Shown here: positions 38,664 to 48,854 of the stretch, in pieces | Numbering within the stretch: the first letter of the stretch is position 1 | Layout: each line of letters opens with the position of its first letter | NCBI GenBank assembly: GCA_021734995.1 | Contig: JAIPHX010000005.1 | Coordinates: 4,099 to 68,098 of the forward strand | DNA length: 64,000 nt | Direction of reading: 5' to 3' | DNA from: Minisyncoccota bacterium | GTDB taxonomy: Bacteria; Patescibacteriota; Minisyncoccia; Phycocordibacterales; UBA9973 | Translations under genes and position numbers: made by a program | Notes under the pieces: generated by a model | Databases searched by the model: none | Seen by the model: the letters and a program-made list of their open reading frames with translations, nothing else | Told to the model about the DNA's origin: nothing

Positions 38664-39095
38664 ATGAAAATAATTTTTGATTACAACCGAACAATTTTTA
38701 ACCCAGATACAGATAATTTGTATTTTGGTGTCTTGAATTTACTTAAAAAGTTATCCAAGAAATATGAATTATTTTTGGTTAGCAGGAATGAGCCAAATAG
38801 GAAATATATGTTAGAAAAATTAAATATAAAAAATTATTTTCAAGAGATATTTTTTTTAGAAAAAAAATCAAAAAAAAACTTTCAACTAATTGCAAAAGGC
38901 ACAAAAAATGTGGTTGTTGTTGGAGACAGTATTTCCGATGAAATACAAATAGGGAATCAGCTTGGTTTTATAACTGTTCGTTTAAAAAAAGGAAAATTTG
39001 CTACACAAATTCCAAAAAATAAAAAAGAGTTTGCAAAATTTGAAATCATGGATATTAGAGAATTAGAAAATATAATTTTAAATCATGAAAAATAA
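38664..39095 (+). CDS. HAD-superfamily hydrolase-like protein (degenerate motif I)
   Basis: IIFDYNRTIF resembles motif I with N replacing the second Asp. VVVGDSISDE matches motif IV. Confidence 0.5.
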   Translation: MKIIFDYNRTIFNPDTDNLYFGVLNLLKKLSKKYELFLVSRNEPNRKYMLEKLNIKNYFQEIFFLEKKSKKNFQLIAKGTKNVVVVGDSISDEIQIGNQLGFITVRLKKGKFATQIPKNKKEFAKFEIMDIRELENIILNHEK

Positions 39096-39251
39096 TATAC
39101 AAAAAAATAAATATTGGCACTGGTATCACTCAAATAAAATAATTTTGGGTTGTTGTATGTGCTTCTCGATTTAATCAAGGAACTCATTCAGTAGCCCAAA
39201 TGGTTTGAGGCTACAAGAAATGGTTCTTTTACAATTAAAAAGGAGTTACAA

Positions 39252-40514
39252 ATGTACAACAAACTGACTAATGTCATTTCTGAATCAGGTATTTGGAGTG
39301 GCACAAGAAAGGAATCACACGCATTCCTGCTTTCACCAAGCGTGTATCAAATTACTGAGGTACAACGTCAAGAACTTCAAACTCTTGGGGTTGCAATCTA
39401 TGACTGCCTGTTGGGTTTGTCCCATATTGCAGTAATCGCATATGACTCAAGTTTGAATTATGGTGGGGCATGGTTACTTGCTCGCCGAGTATTCTCAACA
39501 GGGGTACCGAAAGCCTACCAAGAGCTTCAAGGGATAAATATTAGACATATTCCCAAATTGCTTAAAGTAGATTTAATGGTTGACCAAGATGGTAATTTTA
39601 AGATTGCCGAAATTGACGGTCATAATAAGCATGGGCTTGGATACTCTACTCTAGGTTTAAGATTTCGTGAAGCGTTGTATCCTGAGGCGAAAGCACTTCC
39701 GGGGACTGTCCAAGTTCTTTCTGGGGAGATGAAACGCCTAGGTCATAACGAGATTAAACTTCTCTATGCTGATCAAGAAAGATTCTATGTTCCAGAATTT
39801 GAAGTCGCAAGACAGGAATTTACAAAACATGGAATAAATTGCTCTATTATTTCAGAAATGGAAATCGATGATACATTCCTTGGAAGTGGGATGTTCCTCG
39901 ATTTGCCATTTTTGTATCACAAAAAGGAGTTATATGACACAATCGTTTCTTCTTATAAAAATAGACAGGTGGATTTTATTATTCCACCCAAACCATTTTT
40001 GGGAGCAAAGGGAGTTTTGGCGTTAATTCGAAATGATGGGAGGAATGAGCATCTAGAAAGCTTACTCTCTTCTTTCATTAAGAAGTCTTCGCTTGAACTG
40101 CTGAGAAAATACATCCCGGAAACTTTTCTTGTTGGGAAACAAGCAGAAACAATTGATTCAATAAAAGAAAGATTGTCTCACAAAAGGTTTGTTCTTAAAG
40201 AGTCAATTTCGAGTGGGATGAAAGGTACTGTCTTTTCAGACGAAGAGTGCTTTGATTCTGTACTCACTCGTGCTTGTACAACAAACATGAATTGGATTCT
40301 ACAAGAGGAGGTGGTTAATCAACCGCAGACTTTCTCTTGGTTTGAAAATGAGGGTATAAATAAACCTAAAATTCAAACAACAGATGATTGGTTCATGAGG
40401 GTAACTACTCAGTATATAAATCGTCAACTTGGAGATGTAATAGTAACTGCGTGTCGTGGGAAAGCAGTACATGGTGGGAAAAAATGTCTTCAACTTGGAA
40501 CGATTGTTCTTTGA
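39252..40514 (+). CDS. circularly permuted ATP-grasp-like protein (putative amidoligase); GC-rich, probably horizontally acquired
   Basis: It is visibly more GC-rich than its neighbours, with a canonical AAAGGAG RBS. ATP-grasp-like elements appear in permuted order: a C-terminal-type Mg motif near the N-terminus (VDLMVDQDGNFKIAEIDG), then a P-loop-like KPFLGAKGV, then a hinge-like WILQEEV. It lies adjacent to tRNA-Thr. Confidence 0.45.
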   Translation: MYNKLTNVISESGIWSGTRKESHAFLLSPSVYQITEVQRQELQTLGVAIYDCLLGLSHIAVIAYDSSLNYGGAWLLARRVFSTGVPKAYQELQGINIRHIPKLLKVDLMVDQDGNFKIAEIDGHNKHGLGYSTLGLRFREALYPEAKALPGTVQVLSGEMKRLGHNEIKLLYADQERFYVPEFEVARQEFTKHGINCSIISEMEIDDTFLGSGMFLDLPFLYHKKELYDTIVSSYKNRQVDFIIPPKPFLGAKGVLALIRNDGRNEHLESLLSSFIKKSSLELLRKYIPETFLVGKQAETIDSIKERLSHKRFVLKESISSGMKGTVFSDEECFDSVLTRACTTNMNWILQEEVVNQPQTFSWFENEGINKPKIQTTDDWFMRVTTQYINRQLGDVIVTACRGKAVHGGKKCLQLGTIVL

Positions 40515-40596
40515 TTTATACAAGGAGCTAACATAAACGTTAGCTCCTTTTTTTTATAAAGTATTTTTATATTTCCGACAAAAATCGGATTAAGGG

Positions 40597-40669
40597 AGCC
40601 GGCACGAGGATTCGAACCCCGGACCTTCGCTTTACAAAAGCGTTGCTCTACCAACTGAGCTATGCCGGC
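40597..40669 (-). tRNA. trnT: tRNA-Thr (anticodon TGT)
   Basis: The reverse complement GCCGGCATAGCTCAGTTGGTAGAGCAACGCTTTTGTAAAGCGAAGGTCCGGGGTTCGAATCCTCGTGCCGGCT folds as a cloverleaf: 7-bp acceptor stem, anticodon loop TTTGTAA, T-loop TTCGAAT. CCA is not encoded. Confidence 0.85.
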
Positions 40670-40748
40670 ATATTTATTTCTATACAAAACTTCTAATATT
40701 CTAGCACAAAATTTATTTTTTGCGAGCCCATACTATTCCACCAAATTC

Positions 40749-41156
40749 TTACTCTTCTTTTGTTTTTCTACCTGCTCCTCGGATCTTTTTCTGATAATCT
40801 GAAATCATTTTTAAATATTTATTTACTTCTTGAGATTCATTTGTGTCTTTAGAAATATTTCCTTGAGATTTTAACAATTTCTCTTCTATCTTTTTAGCAA
40901 GTTCTAAACTTTTCTTTTTTAACAATTTAGAAAAATGAATATAGAAATGTAAAATTGTGAAAAGAGAAAGGTAGATGTATTTGCGGATATTTTGCTTGAT
41001 AGTTTTTTTAAAATTCTGAATATCATCAGTAAAAGGATTTTCAAAAATTTCCTCTTCTTTTAGGGAAGAATGTTTTCTTAGAAGGAATAGTTTTTGTCCC
41101 AACATTCCCATAATCCCCAATAAAGATATTATAAGTGTTGTTAAGGCGATATACAT
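40749..41156 (-). CDS. hypothetical membrane protein with a K-rich coiled-coil tail
   Basis: N-terminal hydrophobic helix. It sits downstream of tsf, where pyrH or frr would usually be. Confidence 0.45.
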   Translation of the reverse strand: MYIALTTLIISLLGIMGMLGQKLFLLRKHSSLKEEEIFENPFTDDIQNFKKTIKQNIRKYIYLSLFTILHFYIHFSKLLKKKSLELAKKIEEKLLKSQGNISKDTNESQEVNKYLKMISDYQKKIRGAGRKTKEE

Positions 41157-41158
41157 TG

Positions 41159-41929
41159 TTAGATTGTGGAACGTCTGATCTCTTTGATAGAAGCTTTATT
41201 TTTTTCTAAAAGAGATTTGATAGTTTCATCAGCGTTTTTTATAAAAGATTGGTCAAGTAATGTCTTTTCTTTAAAGTAAGTAGACATTTTACCTTGAAGC
41301 ATTTTTTGTTTGATATCTTCTGGTTTGTCTATATCTGCAACTTCTTTTTCAAAGATTTCTTTCATTTGTTTTTTGACCTCTTCGGTAATATCAGCTTCTG
41401 AAATGTATTCTGGACGCATTGCAGCTATGTGCATTGCTATATCTTTAGCTAGATCAGTATTTCCTCCATTTAAAGATACTACTACAGCGGATTTGTTGTT
41501 GTGAACATAGTTCCCAATAGTTTCGCCTGTTGTTTCAGAAATTTCGCCTAATTCTATCTTTTCGCCAGTTTTTTGGATAACAGGATCTATCATTGCTTTT
41601 GAAGATTCTTTCATTTTCTCAACACCTTCAGAAAGAGCTAAGTCTGCGAGCTTAGAAATTAAATTTGTGAAATCTTCATTTTTTGCTACGAAATCAGTTT
41701 CGCAATGTAAAGTAACTAATATTGTTTTATTCCCAGATGTTTTTACTACTACTGCTCCATCTTTTGCATCTCTATCAGCTTTTTTTGATGCTATATCAGA
41801 ACTATTCTTTTTAAGAATAGCAATAGCTTTTTCCATATCACCATCTGCCTCTTCTAATGCTTTTTTACATTGCATCACAGAGATGCCTGTCTTGTCTCTA
41901 AGTTCTTTTACTTGTTCTCCTGTAATCAT
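41159..41929 (-). CDS. tsf: elongation factor Ts
   Basis: UBA-like N-terminus ITGEQVKELRDKTGISVMQCKKALEEADGDMEKAIAILKK. It follows rpsB. Confidence 0.85.
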   Translation of the reverse strand: MITGEQVKELRDKTGISVMQCKKALEEADGDMEKAIAILKKNSSDIASKKADRDAKDGAVVVKTSGNKTILVTLHCETDFVAKNEDFTNLISKLADLALSEGVEKMKESSKAMIDPVIQKTGEKIELGEISETTGETIGNYVHNNKSAVVVSLNGGNTDLAKDIAMHIAAMRPEYISEADITEEVKKQMKEIFEKEVADIDKPEDIKQKMLQGKMSTYFKEKTLLDQSFIKNADETIKSLLEKNKASIKEIRRSTI

Positions 41930-41986
41930 AATTTTAAATATAAATTATCGATAAAAATCGATAATTAAGGTTATTTATTAAATTTG

Positions 41987-42691
41987 TTATTTGGCTGAAG
42001 GAGAGGAGACACCTCTTTTGTATGCTTCAGACAATTCTTTGGTGAAAAATTTGATTGAAGGCACAGTAGCGTCATTTGCCAATACTGGATATGTTACATC
42101 CTTTATGTTTGAATCTGAATTTAGTAGAGCTACTATAGGTAAGCTAAAGCTATTTGCTTCAGTGGTAGCAATGTGTTCTTTTTTTGAATCAATAATGAAA
42201 AGTATATCTGGAATCTTTTTTACACCTACTAGACCGCTGTAATATCTAGAAAGTCTTTCCATTTTCTTTGCCATAACTGTCCTTTCTTTTTTTGTATATT
42301 TTTCTAAGTTACCTTCAGTAATGTCCTTGCGATAGTCTTCTAACTCAGTAATCCTTTTTTTGATTTCAGGGAAATTAGAGATTGTACCACCGATCCATCT
42401 TTCTATAACATAAGGCATTTCTAGAGATTCTGCTGTATTTTTTATCATTTCTCTAGCTTCTGGCTTGGTACCTACAAACAAGATGGTTTTTCCTTCTTGT
42501 CCTGCTTTCTCCATAAAATCTATTGCTTTTTGTAATAGAGTAGCTGTCTTCTCAAGATTGATAATATCTCCACTTTGTTTTGTAGTATATATATATGTAG
42601 ATGTGGAAGGGTGTCTACGAGACTTAGAATACCCATAATGAGCTCCAACTGCGAACATTTCTTCTATTGTTTTTGTTATATCTTTTTGCAT
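41987..42691 (-). CDS. rpsB: 30S ribosomal protein S2
   Basis: EMFAVGAHYGYSKSRRHPSTSTYIYTTKQSGDIINLEKT and the conserved rpsB-tsf order. Confidence 0.85.
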   Translation of the reverse strand: MQKDITKTIEEMFAVGAHYGYSKSRRHPSTSTYIYTTKQSGDIINLEKTATLLQKAIDFMEKAGQEGKTILFVGTKPEAREMIKNTAESLEMPYVIERWIGGTISNFPEIKKRITELEDYRKDITEGNLEKYTKKERTVMAKKMERLSRYYSGLVGVKKIPDILFIIDSKKEHIATTEANSFSLPIVALLNSDSNIKDVTYPVLANDATVPSIKFFTKELSEAYKRGVSSPSAK

Positions 42692-42856
42692 ATTGTTTTA
42701 ATTTGATACCGAATTATTCTAGCAGAAAAAGCTTATATACGCAATAGTAGGGGTTTTGATTCTATTTTTGCTTTTGTGGTTTTTAAAAATTGGGAGATAT
42801 TGGTATAAATTGATACATCTTTGACCAAAGACCTTTTTTCAGTTAATATGAATGAT

Positions 42857-44104
42857 ATGAGACAATCTAAACTTTTTACTAAAACAAGGAAAGAAGCTCC
42901 TGCTGACGAAATTGCAAAAAACGCTGAGCTTCTTACTCGTGCTGGTTTTATCAACAAGCAAATGGCGGGAGTGTATGCTTTGTTACCACTTGGTTTGAGA
43001 GTTATGAAAAAAATAGAAAACATTATAAGGGAAGAAATGAATACTATTGGAAGTCAGGAAATTTCTATGACTACATTACAAGATCCAGAAGTGTGGAAAA
43101 AAACAGACAGGTGGAGTGATGAAGCAGTAGATGTGTGGTTTAAAACGAAATTAAAAAATGACACAGAGCTTGGACTTGGTTGTACTCACGAAGAGCCGAT
43201 TACAAAAATGCTTACAGAACATTTGAGTTCTTACAGAGATTTACCTTTTTCTGTTTATCAGATACAGACAAAATTTCGCAATGAGCCAAGAGCAAAAAGT
43301 GGTATATTGCGAGGTAGAGAATTTTTAATGAAAGATATGTATTCTTTTTGTTCAGATGAAGATAGTCATAATGAATTTTATGAAAAATCAAAAATTGCTT
43401 ATAAAAATGTCTTTCAAAGATTGGGAATAGGGCACCTTACTTATATTACTTTTGCTTCAGGTGGAATGTTTTCAAAATATTCTCATGAATTTCAGACTAT
43501 TTGTCCTGTGGGAGAAGATACTATTTATCTAGATGAAGAAAAAGGAATAGCGGTAAACAAAGAAGTTTTTGATGATGAGGTTTTAAGTTCTCTTGGTTTA
43601 GATAAATCAAAAATGGTAGAGCATAAAGCTATAGAAGTAGGAAATATCTTTACTTTGGGTAAAAAGTATTCTGAGCCATTGGGCTTAACATTTAAAAATG
43701 AAAGTAGCGAAGATTTGTCTGTATTTATGGGGTGTTATGGTATTGGTATTGGTCGTCTTATGGGAACCGTAGTAGAAGCTCTTTCAGATGATAAAGGTAT
43801 CATATGGCCAGAATCCATTGCTCCATTTAAGTTTCATTTACTCGCTTTAGGAGAATCAGAAAATGTAAAAAAAGAAGCCAATTCTCTGTATGATTTGTTA
43901 CTTAGCAAAGGAGTTGAAGTTTTTTTTGATGACAGAGAAGCGATGTCTGCTGGGGAAAAATTTGCAGATTCAGATTTGATCGGTATTCCTTATAGGATAG
44001 TCGTGTCAGAGAGAAGCTTGAAAGAAGGAGGTTTTGAACTTAAAAAACGAACAGAAGAAAAAGGAAAAATTGTATCACAAGAAGAGTTATTAAAAATTAT
44101 TTAA
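42857..44104 (+). CDS. proS: prolyl-tRNA synthetase, short bacterial type without the INS editing domain (about 415 aa)
   Basis: MRQSKLFTKTRKEAPADEIAKNAELLTRAGFINKQMAGVYALLPLGLRVMKKIENIIREEMN matches the ProRS N-terminus. Class II motifs and a C-terminal anticodon-binding domain are present. Confidence 0.8.
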   Translation: MRQSKLFTKTRKEAPADEIAKNAELLTRAGFINKQMAGVYALLPLGLRVMKKIENIIREEMNTIGSQEISMTTLQDPEVWKKTDRWSDEAVDVWFKTKLKNDTELGLGCTHEEPITKMLTEHLSSYRDLPFSVYQIQTKFRNEPRAKSGILRGREFLMKDMYSFCSDEDSHNEFYEKSKIAYKNVFQRLGIGHLTYITFASGGMFSKYSHEFQTICPVGEDTIYLDEEKGIAVNKEVFDDEVLSSLGLDKSKMVEHKAIEVGNIFTLGKKYSEPLGLTFKNESSEDLSVFMGCYGIGIGRLMGTVVEALSDDKGIIWPESIAPFKFHLLALGESENVKKEANSLYDLLLSKGVEVFFDDREAMSAGEKFADSDLIGIPYRIVVSERSLKEGGFELKKRTEEKGKIVSQEELLKII

Positions 44105-44105
44105 A

Positions 44106-45152
44106 ATGTTAGAAAAATTTTACAGATATATTTCAAATGATATTGGGATAGACCTAGGGACTTCAAATACTCTAGTCTATTTAAAAGGTCATGGTATCGT
44201 AATCAACGAACCTTCTGTAGTGGCGGTAAACATTAAGACCAATCAAATACTTGCAGTGGGGGAAAAAGCAAAAGAAATGCTTGGGCGCACTCCAGGACAT
44301 ATCAAAGCTGTCCGTCCACTTGTGGATGGGGTTATCTCTGATTTTGAAGTTACTGAAGAGATGCTTTCATATTTGATCAATAAAGCAGACAAGATGTATA
44401 AAAAATTAGGTAGACCAAGAGTAGTAGTAGGGGTACCTTCTGGTATTACCAATGTAGAGACGAGAGCAGTGTACGATGCTTCTCGTTCCGCCGGAGCTCG
44501 TGAAGTATATTTGGTAGAAGAACCAATGGCAGCAGCGATTGGTATTCGTCTTCCTATCAAAGATCCTGTTGGTTCTATGATTATTGATATTGGTGGGGGG
44601 ACTACTGATATTGCTGTTATTAGCTTGGGTGGAATTGTAAAATCAAAAAACTTAAAAATTGCAGGGGATAGATTGAATAACGATATTATCAGTTTTATGC
44701 GAGATGAATTTAAGATCTTAATAGGAGAGACTACAGCAGAATATGTAAAAATGTCTATTGGTTCGGTTGTGCCTGGAAATTATATGGAAACAGAAGTTAG
44801 GGGAAGAGATTTGCTTACTGGGTTACCTAGAGAAGTAGCGGTGACTGATTCTGATATTAGAGAAGCTATTTTGCCAGCTGTTAGGGAATTGATTGATGGA
44901 GTAAAAGATGTTTTAGAAAATACTCCACCAGAAGTGCTTTCAGATATTATGCGTGATGGTATTACATTGTCTGGAGGAGGAGCATTGCTCGTGGGACTCT
45001 CTGAACTTTTGGAAAGAGTATTAAGAATTCCAATCTACGTAGTAGAAGATCCTCTTTCTGCAGTAGCTCGTGGGGCAGGTATCATATTGGATGATTTAGA
45101 TACTTATAAAGAGGTTTTAATTAGTACTCAAAATGACTTACCACCTAGATAA
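44106..45152 (+). CDS. mreB: rod-shape-determining actin-like protein MreB
   Basis: IGIDLGTSNTLVYLKGHGIVINEPSVVAV, DIGGGTTDIAVISLGG. Confidence 0.85.
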   Translation: MLEKFYRYISNDIGIDLGTSNTLVYLKGHGIVINEPSVVAVNIKTNQILAVGEKAKEMLGRTPGHIKAVRPLVDGVISDFEVTEEMLSYLINKADKMYKKLGRPRVVVGVPSGITNVETRAVYDASRSAGAREVYLVEEPMAAAIGIRLPIKDPVGSMIIDIGGGTTDIAVISLGGIVKSKNLKIAGDRLNNDIISFMRDEFKILIGETTAEYVKMSIGSVVPGNYMETEVRGRDLLTGLPREVAVTDSDIREAILPAVRELIDGVKDVLENTPPEVLSDIMRDGITLSGGGALLVGLSELLERVLRIPIYVVEDPLSAVARGAGIILDDLDTYKEVLISTQNDLPPR

Positions 45153-45987
45153 AAAAAATAAAACAAAAAAAATAAAAATAATTTCTACTGTTTTGATTGG
45201 GACCGCATTTTTTGTATATTTTAGAAGCCCAATTTTTAACTTTTTTTCTTCTACCTTTGAATTTATTTTTGTACCAGTAGTGAATACTGTAAATTTTATA
45301 GGAGCAAAAGTGTATCATATGGGAACAGGTTTTCGTTTTAAGGACTCTTTGCTTAAAGAAAATACAAATTTAAAAAATACTATTTTTGAGTTTGAATCAA
45401 GAATGCAAAATTATGCTGTTTTGGAAAAAGAAAATGAAGAATTGAAAAGTATTTTCAGTAGAAAAAATGAAAAATTAAACTTGATTTTAGCTTCAGTTCT
45501 TGCTAAGCCTAGACAATCTATCTATGGCACATTGATTATTGATGTTGGAGAAGATGAGCATATAAAAGAAGGAGCAATGGTTTTTGCTAATGGAAATATC
45601 CCAATTGGTAAAATTTCAAATGTTGGACCTAAAATGTCAAAAGTTGTTTTATTTTCAAATAATGGAGAAACTAACGAAGTTGTTGTTTCTGTAAACAAAA
45701 GTCCCAAAACAATAGAAATTGAAAGTGAAGAAACAGAAAAAGATATTTCTGCTAGTATTCATTTCAATCTAGTAGGAAGAGGTGGTGGTAATTTTCAAAT
45801 AGAAGCTCCTAGGGATTTGAAATTTGAAAAAGGACAAATAGCTATTCTTCCAGGGATTTATCCTTTTGCTGTAGCAAAAGTCGAAGCTGTTATTTCTGAT
45901 CAAAAAGATATTGTTCAAAAAGTTTTATTGGTCTCTCCAATCAATATTCAAGAAATACGATTTGTGCAAGTATCTTCTAGTTTTTGA
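45133..45987 (+). CDS. mreC: rod-shape-determining protein MreC
   Basis: N-terminal TM and coiled coil, then an MreC beta-barrel region (SVLAKPRQSIYGTLIIDVGEDEHIKEGAMVF). It overlaps the mreB stop. Confidence 0.7.
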   Translation: MTYHLDKKNKTKKIKIISTVLIGTAFFVYFRSPIFNFFSSTFEFIFVPVVNTVNFIGAKVYHMGTGFRFKDSLLKENTNLKNTIFEFESRMQNYAVLEKENEELKSIFSRKNEKLNLILASVLAKPRQSIYGTLIIDVGEDEHIKEGAMVFANGNIPIGKISNVGPKMSKVVLFSNNGETNEVVVSVNKSPKTIEIESEETEKDISASIHFNLVGRGGGNFQIEAPRDLKFEKGQIAILPGIYPFAVAKVEAVISDQKDIVQKVLLVSPINIQEIRFVQVSSSF

Positions 45988-46018
45988 TTTTTAAAATAAG
46001 ATTGTGTAATCTAAAAAA

Positions 46019-47221
46019 GTGAGTTTTAAAATAGAAAAAAAAATAAAAAATAGTTTGGGAAGAGCTGGACTTTTAGAGACTGCTCATGGAGTTATTAGAA
46101 CCCCAGCTTTTTCGCCTGTGGGAACAAAGGCAACTGTAAAATCTTTAACACCAGAGGCAGTGCAGTCTCTTGGATCAAAGGTTGTGCTTGCAAATACTTA
46201 CCATTTATATCTTCAGCCGGGGTCTGATTTAATAAAAAAAGCAGGCGGACTACATAATTTTATGAATTGGCATGGACCGATTATTACTGATTCGGGAGGT
46301 TTCCAAGTATTTTCTCTGGGTGTCGCCTATGGAAAAGATTTATCAAAAGTTGTAAAAATCACCGACCCCTCTCTTATGATTCCAGAGAGATTTGATGATG
46401 ACAATGCTCCACGTTTAGCAAAAATAGGACAAGATGGGGTTTCTTTTAAATCACATCTTGATGGGTCAGTGCATTATATTACTCCAGAAAAATCAGTTGA
46501 GATACAGCATGATCTTGGAGCTGACATAATTTTTGCTTTTGATGAGTGCACTTCTCCTTCTGAAGATTTAAAATACCAAGAAGAGGCGTTGGAACGAACA
46601 CATAGTTGGGCAAAGAGATCTTTGGAAGAGCATTTAAAAAGAAGAAATACAGAACAAAAATTCCCTTTGTTATTTGGTATTGTTCAAGGAGGGAGAGATG
46701 AGAGATTACGTAAAAAATCTGCCGAATTTATCGGTGGTCTTGATTTTGATGGTTTTGGAATTGGAGGATCTTTTGCCAAAGAAGATATGTCTAGCGCTGT
46801 AAAATGGGTAAATGAAGTATTGCCAGAAGAAAAACCAAGGCATTTGCTAGGGATAGGAGAGCCAGAAGATATTTTGGAGGGAATAGAAAATGGAGTGGAT
46901 TTATTTGATTGTGTTGCTCCTACTAGAAATGCTAGAAATGGCACTTTGTATACCAAGAAAGGAAAAATAAATATTACAAATACGGGTTATCGCGAAAAGT
47001 TTAGTCCGATAGAAGAAGATTGTCTTTGCTATACTTGTCGGCATTATTCTTCTGCTTATGTGTGCCACTTGTTTAAAAGTAAAGAAATGCTTGCAGGGAC
47101 TTTGGCAACAATCCATAATCTGTATTTTATTATAAATCTAGTAGCAGGAGCTAGAGAAGCAATCTTGGCAGACAATTTTTTTGAGTTTAAAGAAGGATTT
47201 TTGGCTAAATGGGGAAAATAA
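46019..47221 (+). CDS. tgt: queuine tRNA-ribosyltransferase
   Basis: GTG start. LETAHGVIRTPAFSPVGT, ITDSGGFQVFSL, and the zinc site CLCYTCRHYSSAYVCHL. Confidence 0.85.
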   Translation: MSFKIEKKIKNSLGRAGLLETAHGVIRTPAFSPVGTKATVKSLTPEAVQSLGSKVVLANTYHLYLQPGSDLIKKAGGLHNFMNWHGPIITDSGGFQVFSLGVAYGKDLSKVVKITDPSLMIPERFDDDNAPRLAKIGQDGVSFKSHLDGSVHYITPEKSVEIQHDLGADIIFAFDECTSPSEDLKYQEEALERTHSWAKRSLEEHLKRRNTEQKFPLLFGIVQGGRDERLRKKSAEFIGGLDFDGFGIGGSFAKEDMSSAVKWVNEVLPEEKPRHLLGIGEPEDILEGIENGVDLFDCVAPTRNARNGTLYTKKGKINITNTGYREKFSPIEEDCLCYTCRHYSSAYVCHLFKSKEMLAGTLATIHNLYFIINLVAGAREAILADNFFEFKEGFLAKWGK

Positions 47222-47270
47222 TTATTTGATTTTTGAATTATATTAAATAAACTCTTTTGTATTAAAACCC

Positions 47271-47298
47271 TTTACATTTCACTTCAAGTTGCTATACT
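47271..47298 (+). promoter_or_regulatory. candidate promoter upstream of the decarboxylase gene
   Basis: TTTACA, a 16-nt spacer, then TATACT. Confidence 0.35.
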
Positions 47299-47331
47299 TT
47301 TCTTCGTTACTCTAAATTAGAAAAAATAAAA

Positions 47332-48711
47332 ATGCACAAGAACGCGAGGGTTTCCAAGAAACTTTGGAAGCTCGGAATGAAAGAATATAATACTCAATAT
47401 TTTGACTTCAATAAAGATGGCGATTTGATTGCGAAAGAGGGTAATAATGTATATAACATTCGTTACTTAGCTGAAAAATTTGGTACTTCACTTGAAATTC
47501 TTTTTCCGTATATTTTAGAAGAAAGAGTGGAGGATTTGATTGACCTAGCTTCTTCTTTGATCAAAAAACTTAAATATCAAGGGAAATTTTATTATCATTT
47601 TCCTATGAAATCCAACCAGACCAAAGAAGTGGTAATGGCAATGGTGGGAGAAGGGGCCAACATTGAGACCGCTTCTTACAATGAACTTTCTTTGGTGCGT
47701 AAAATGCTAGAGCAAGAATCTTTTAATCAAAAAATGCGTATTTTGTGTAATGGACCAAAAACTGATAAATATATAAACTTGATTGATGAACTTCAGCACA
47801 GAGGACTTAAAGTAATCCCTATTATAGAGGGGCCAAACGAACTTAAAAATTTTCAGTATTCTCGTTATGATGTTGGTATTCGTCTTGATATGCCTGTAAA
47901 GACTAATTCTAGTTGGAATAAAAAGATAGACAGGTTTGGCTTTACTAAAGAAGAAATATTAAAAATGCCTCCATTTAAGAATTTAAAAGTTTTGCATTAT
48001 CGTATGGGGGCAAAGTTTGATAAACCAGCAGATGTTCTAGCTACCACCAAATATGCTTTAAATGTATATTTTGAATTAAAAGCAAAAAACCCTTCTTTGG
48101 ACAGTATCGACATTGGCGGGGGTATGCCTATTCCATATGAAAGAGACAAAAAATATCAAGCTGATAAAATATTGGAAAGAATTTTTGAACTTTTAAAAAA
48201 AGAATCTGAGAAGAGAGGTGTTCCACACCCAAATCTTGTTTGTGAATGGGGTAGATATATAGTAGCACCTGCGCAGGTTACGATTTATAAGGTAATAGAT
48301 ACAAAAAATATTACTCATAAAAATATTCCTGCTAAAAAATGGTACGTAGTGGATGGTAGTTTTATGAATGATTTGATAGATACATGGTCTATTGACCAAA
48401 AGTGGGCAGTGGCTCCTGTAAATAATAAATATGATGAAAAAATTACAGATGTATGGTTGTCTGGCTCTAGTTGTGACTCTGATGATATTTATACAGGGGT
48501 AGAGAGCTCTGTATCACTACCTGATTATAATTTTAATGAAAATGAACCTTTTTATATTGTATTTTTTGACACAGGAGCATATCAAGACGCTCTAGCTTCT
48601 AGTCACTGTCTATTGTCTTCTCCATTAAAGATTGTAGTAGAAAATGGACACATAGTAGTAGCTCGCAAAAGAGCATCTCCTGATGATATGGGAAAAGAGT
48701 TTGGGTGGTAG
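47332..48711 (+). CDS. PLP-dependent fold-III decarboxylase (Orn/DAP/Arg decarboxylase family; arginine-decarboxylase-like)
   Basis: PLP-Lys context YHFPMKSNQTKEV, a DIGGGMPIPYE glycine loop, and EWGRYIVAPA. Confidence 0.65.
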   Translation: MHKNARVSKKLWKLGMKEYNTQYFDFNKDGDLIAKEGNNVYNIRYLAEKFGTSLEILFPYILEERVEDLIDLASSLIKKLKYQGKFYYHFPMKSNQTKEVVMAMVGEGANIETASYNELSLVRKMLEQESFNQKMRILCNGPKTDKYINLIDELQHRGLKVIPIIEGPNELKNFQYSRYDVGIRLDMPVKTNSSWNKKIDRFGFTKEEILKMPPFKNLKVLHYRMGAKFDKPADVLATTKYALNVYFELKAKNPSLDSIDIGGGMPIPYERDKKYQADKILERIFELLKKESEKRGVPHPNLVCEWGRYIVAPAQVTIYKVIDTKNITHKNIPAKKWYVVDGSFMNDLIDTWSIDQKWAVAPVNNKYDEKITDVWLSGSSCDSDDIYTGVESSVSLPDYNFNENEPFYIVFFDTGAYQDALASSHCLLSSPLKIVVENGHIVVARKRASPDDMGKEFGW

Positions 48712-48800
48712 TTTAATTAAAAACTATAAATCTAAAATAGTTTATTGAAAGCTATAAAATATTAAAAGAAATTAGGAAGGATTTTGTCTTCTAAAATGTT

Positions 48801-48828
48801 TTGGCTTCTAAAACAAAAGATGTATAAT
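48801..48828 (+). promoter_or_regulatory. candidate sigma-70 promoter upstream of the DUF192 gene
   Basis: TTGGCT, a 16-nt spacer, then TATAAT. Confidence 0.4.
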
Positions 48829-48854
48829 ATATATGTAATTTTATTTTAATTTAT

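Noticed and set aside
40490-40687. ORF of 65 aa on the minus strand
   Set aside because: It coincides with the tRNA-Thr gene. The translation is an artefact of the tRNA sequence.
42692-42856. T-box leader for proS
   Set aside because: No GGGUGGNACCGCG-like motif or terminator-antiterminator pair was found in the proS upstream region.
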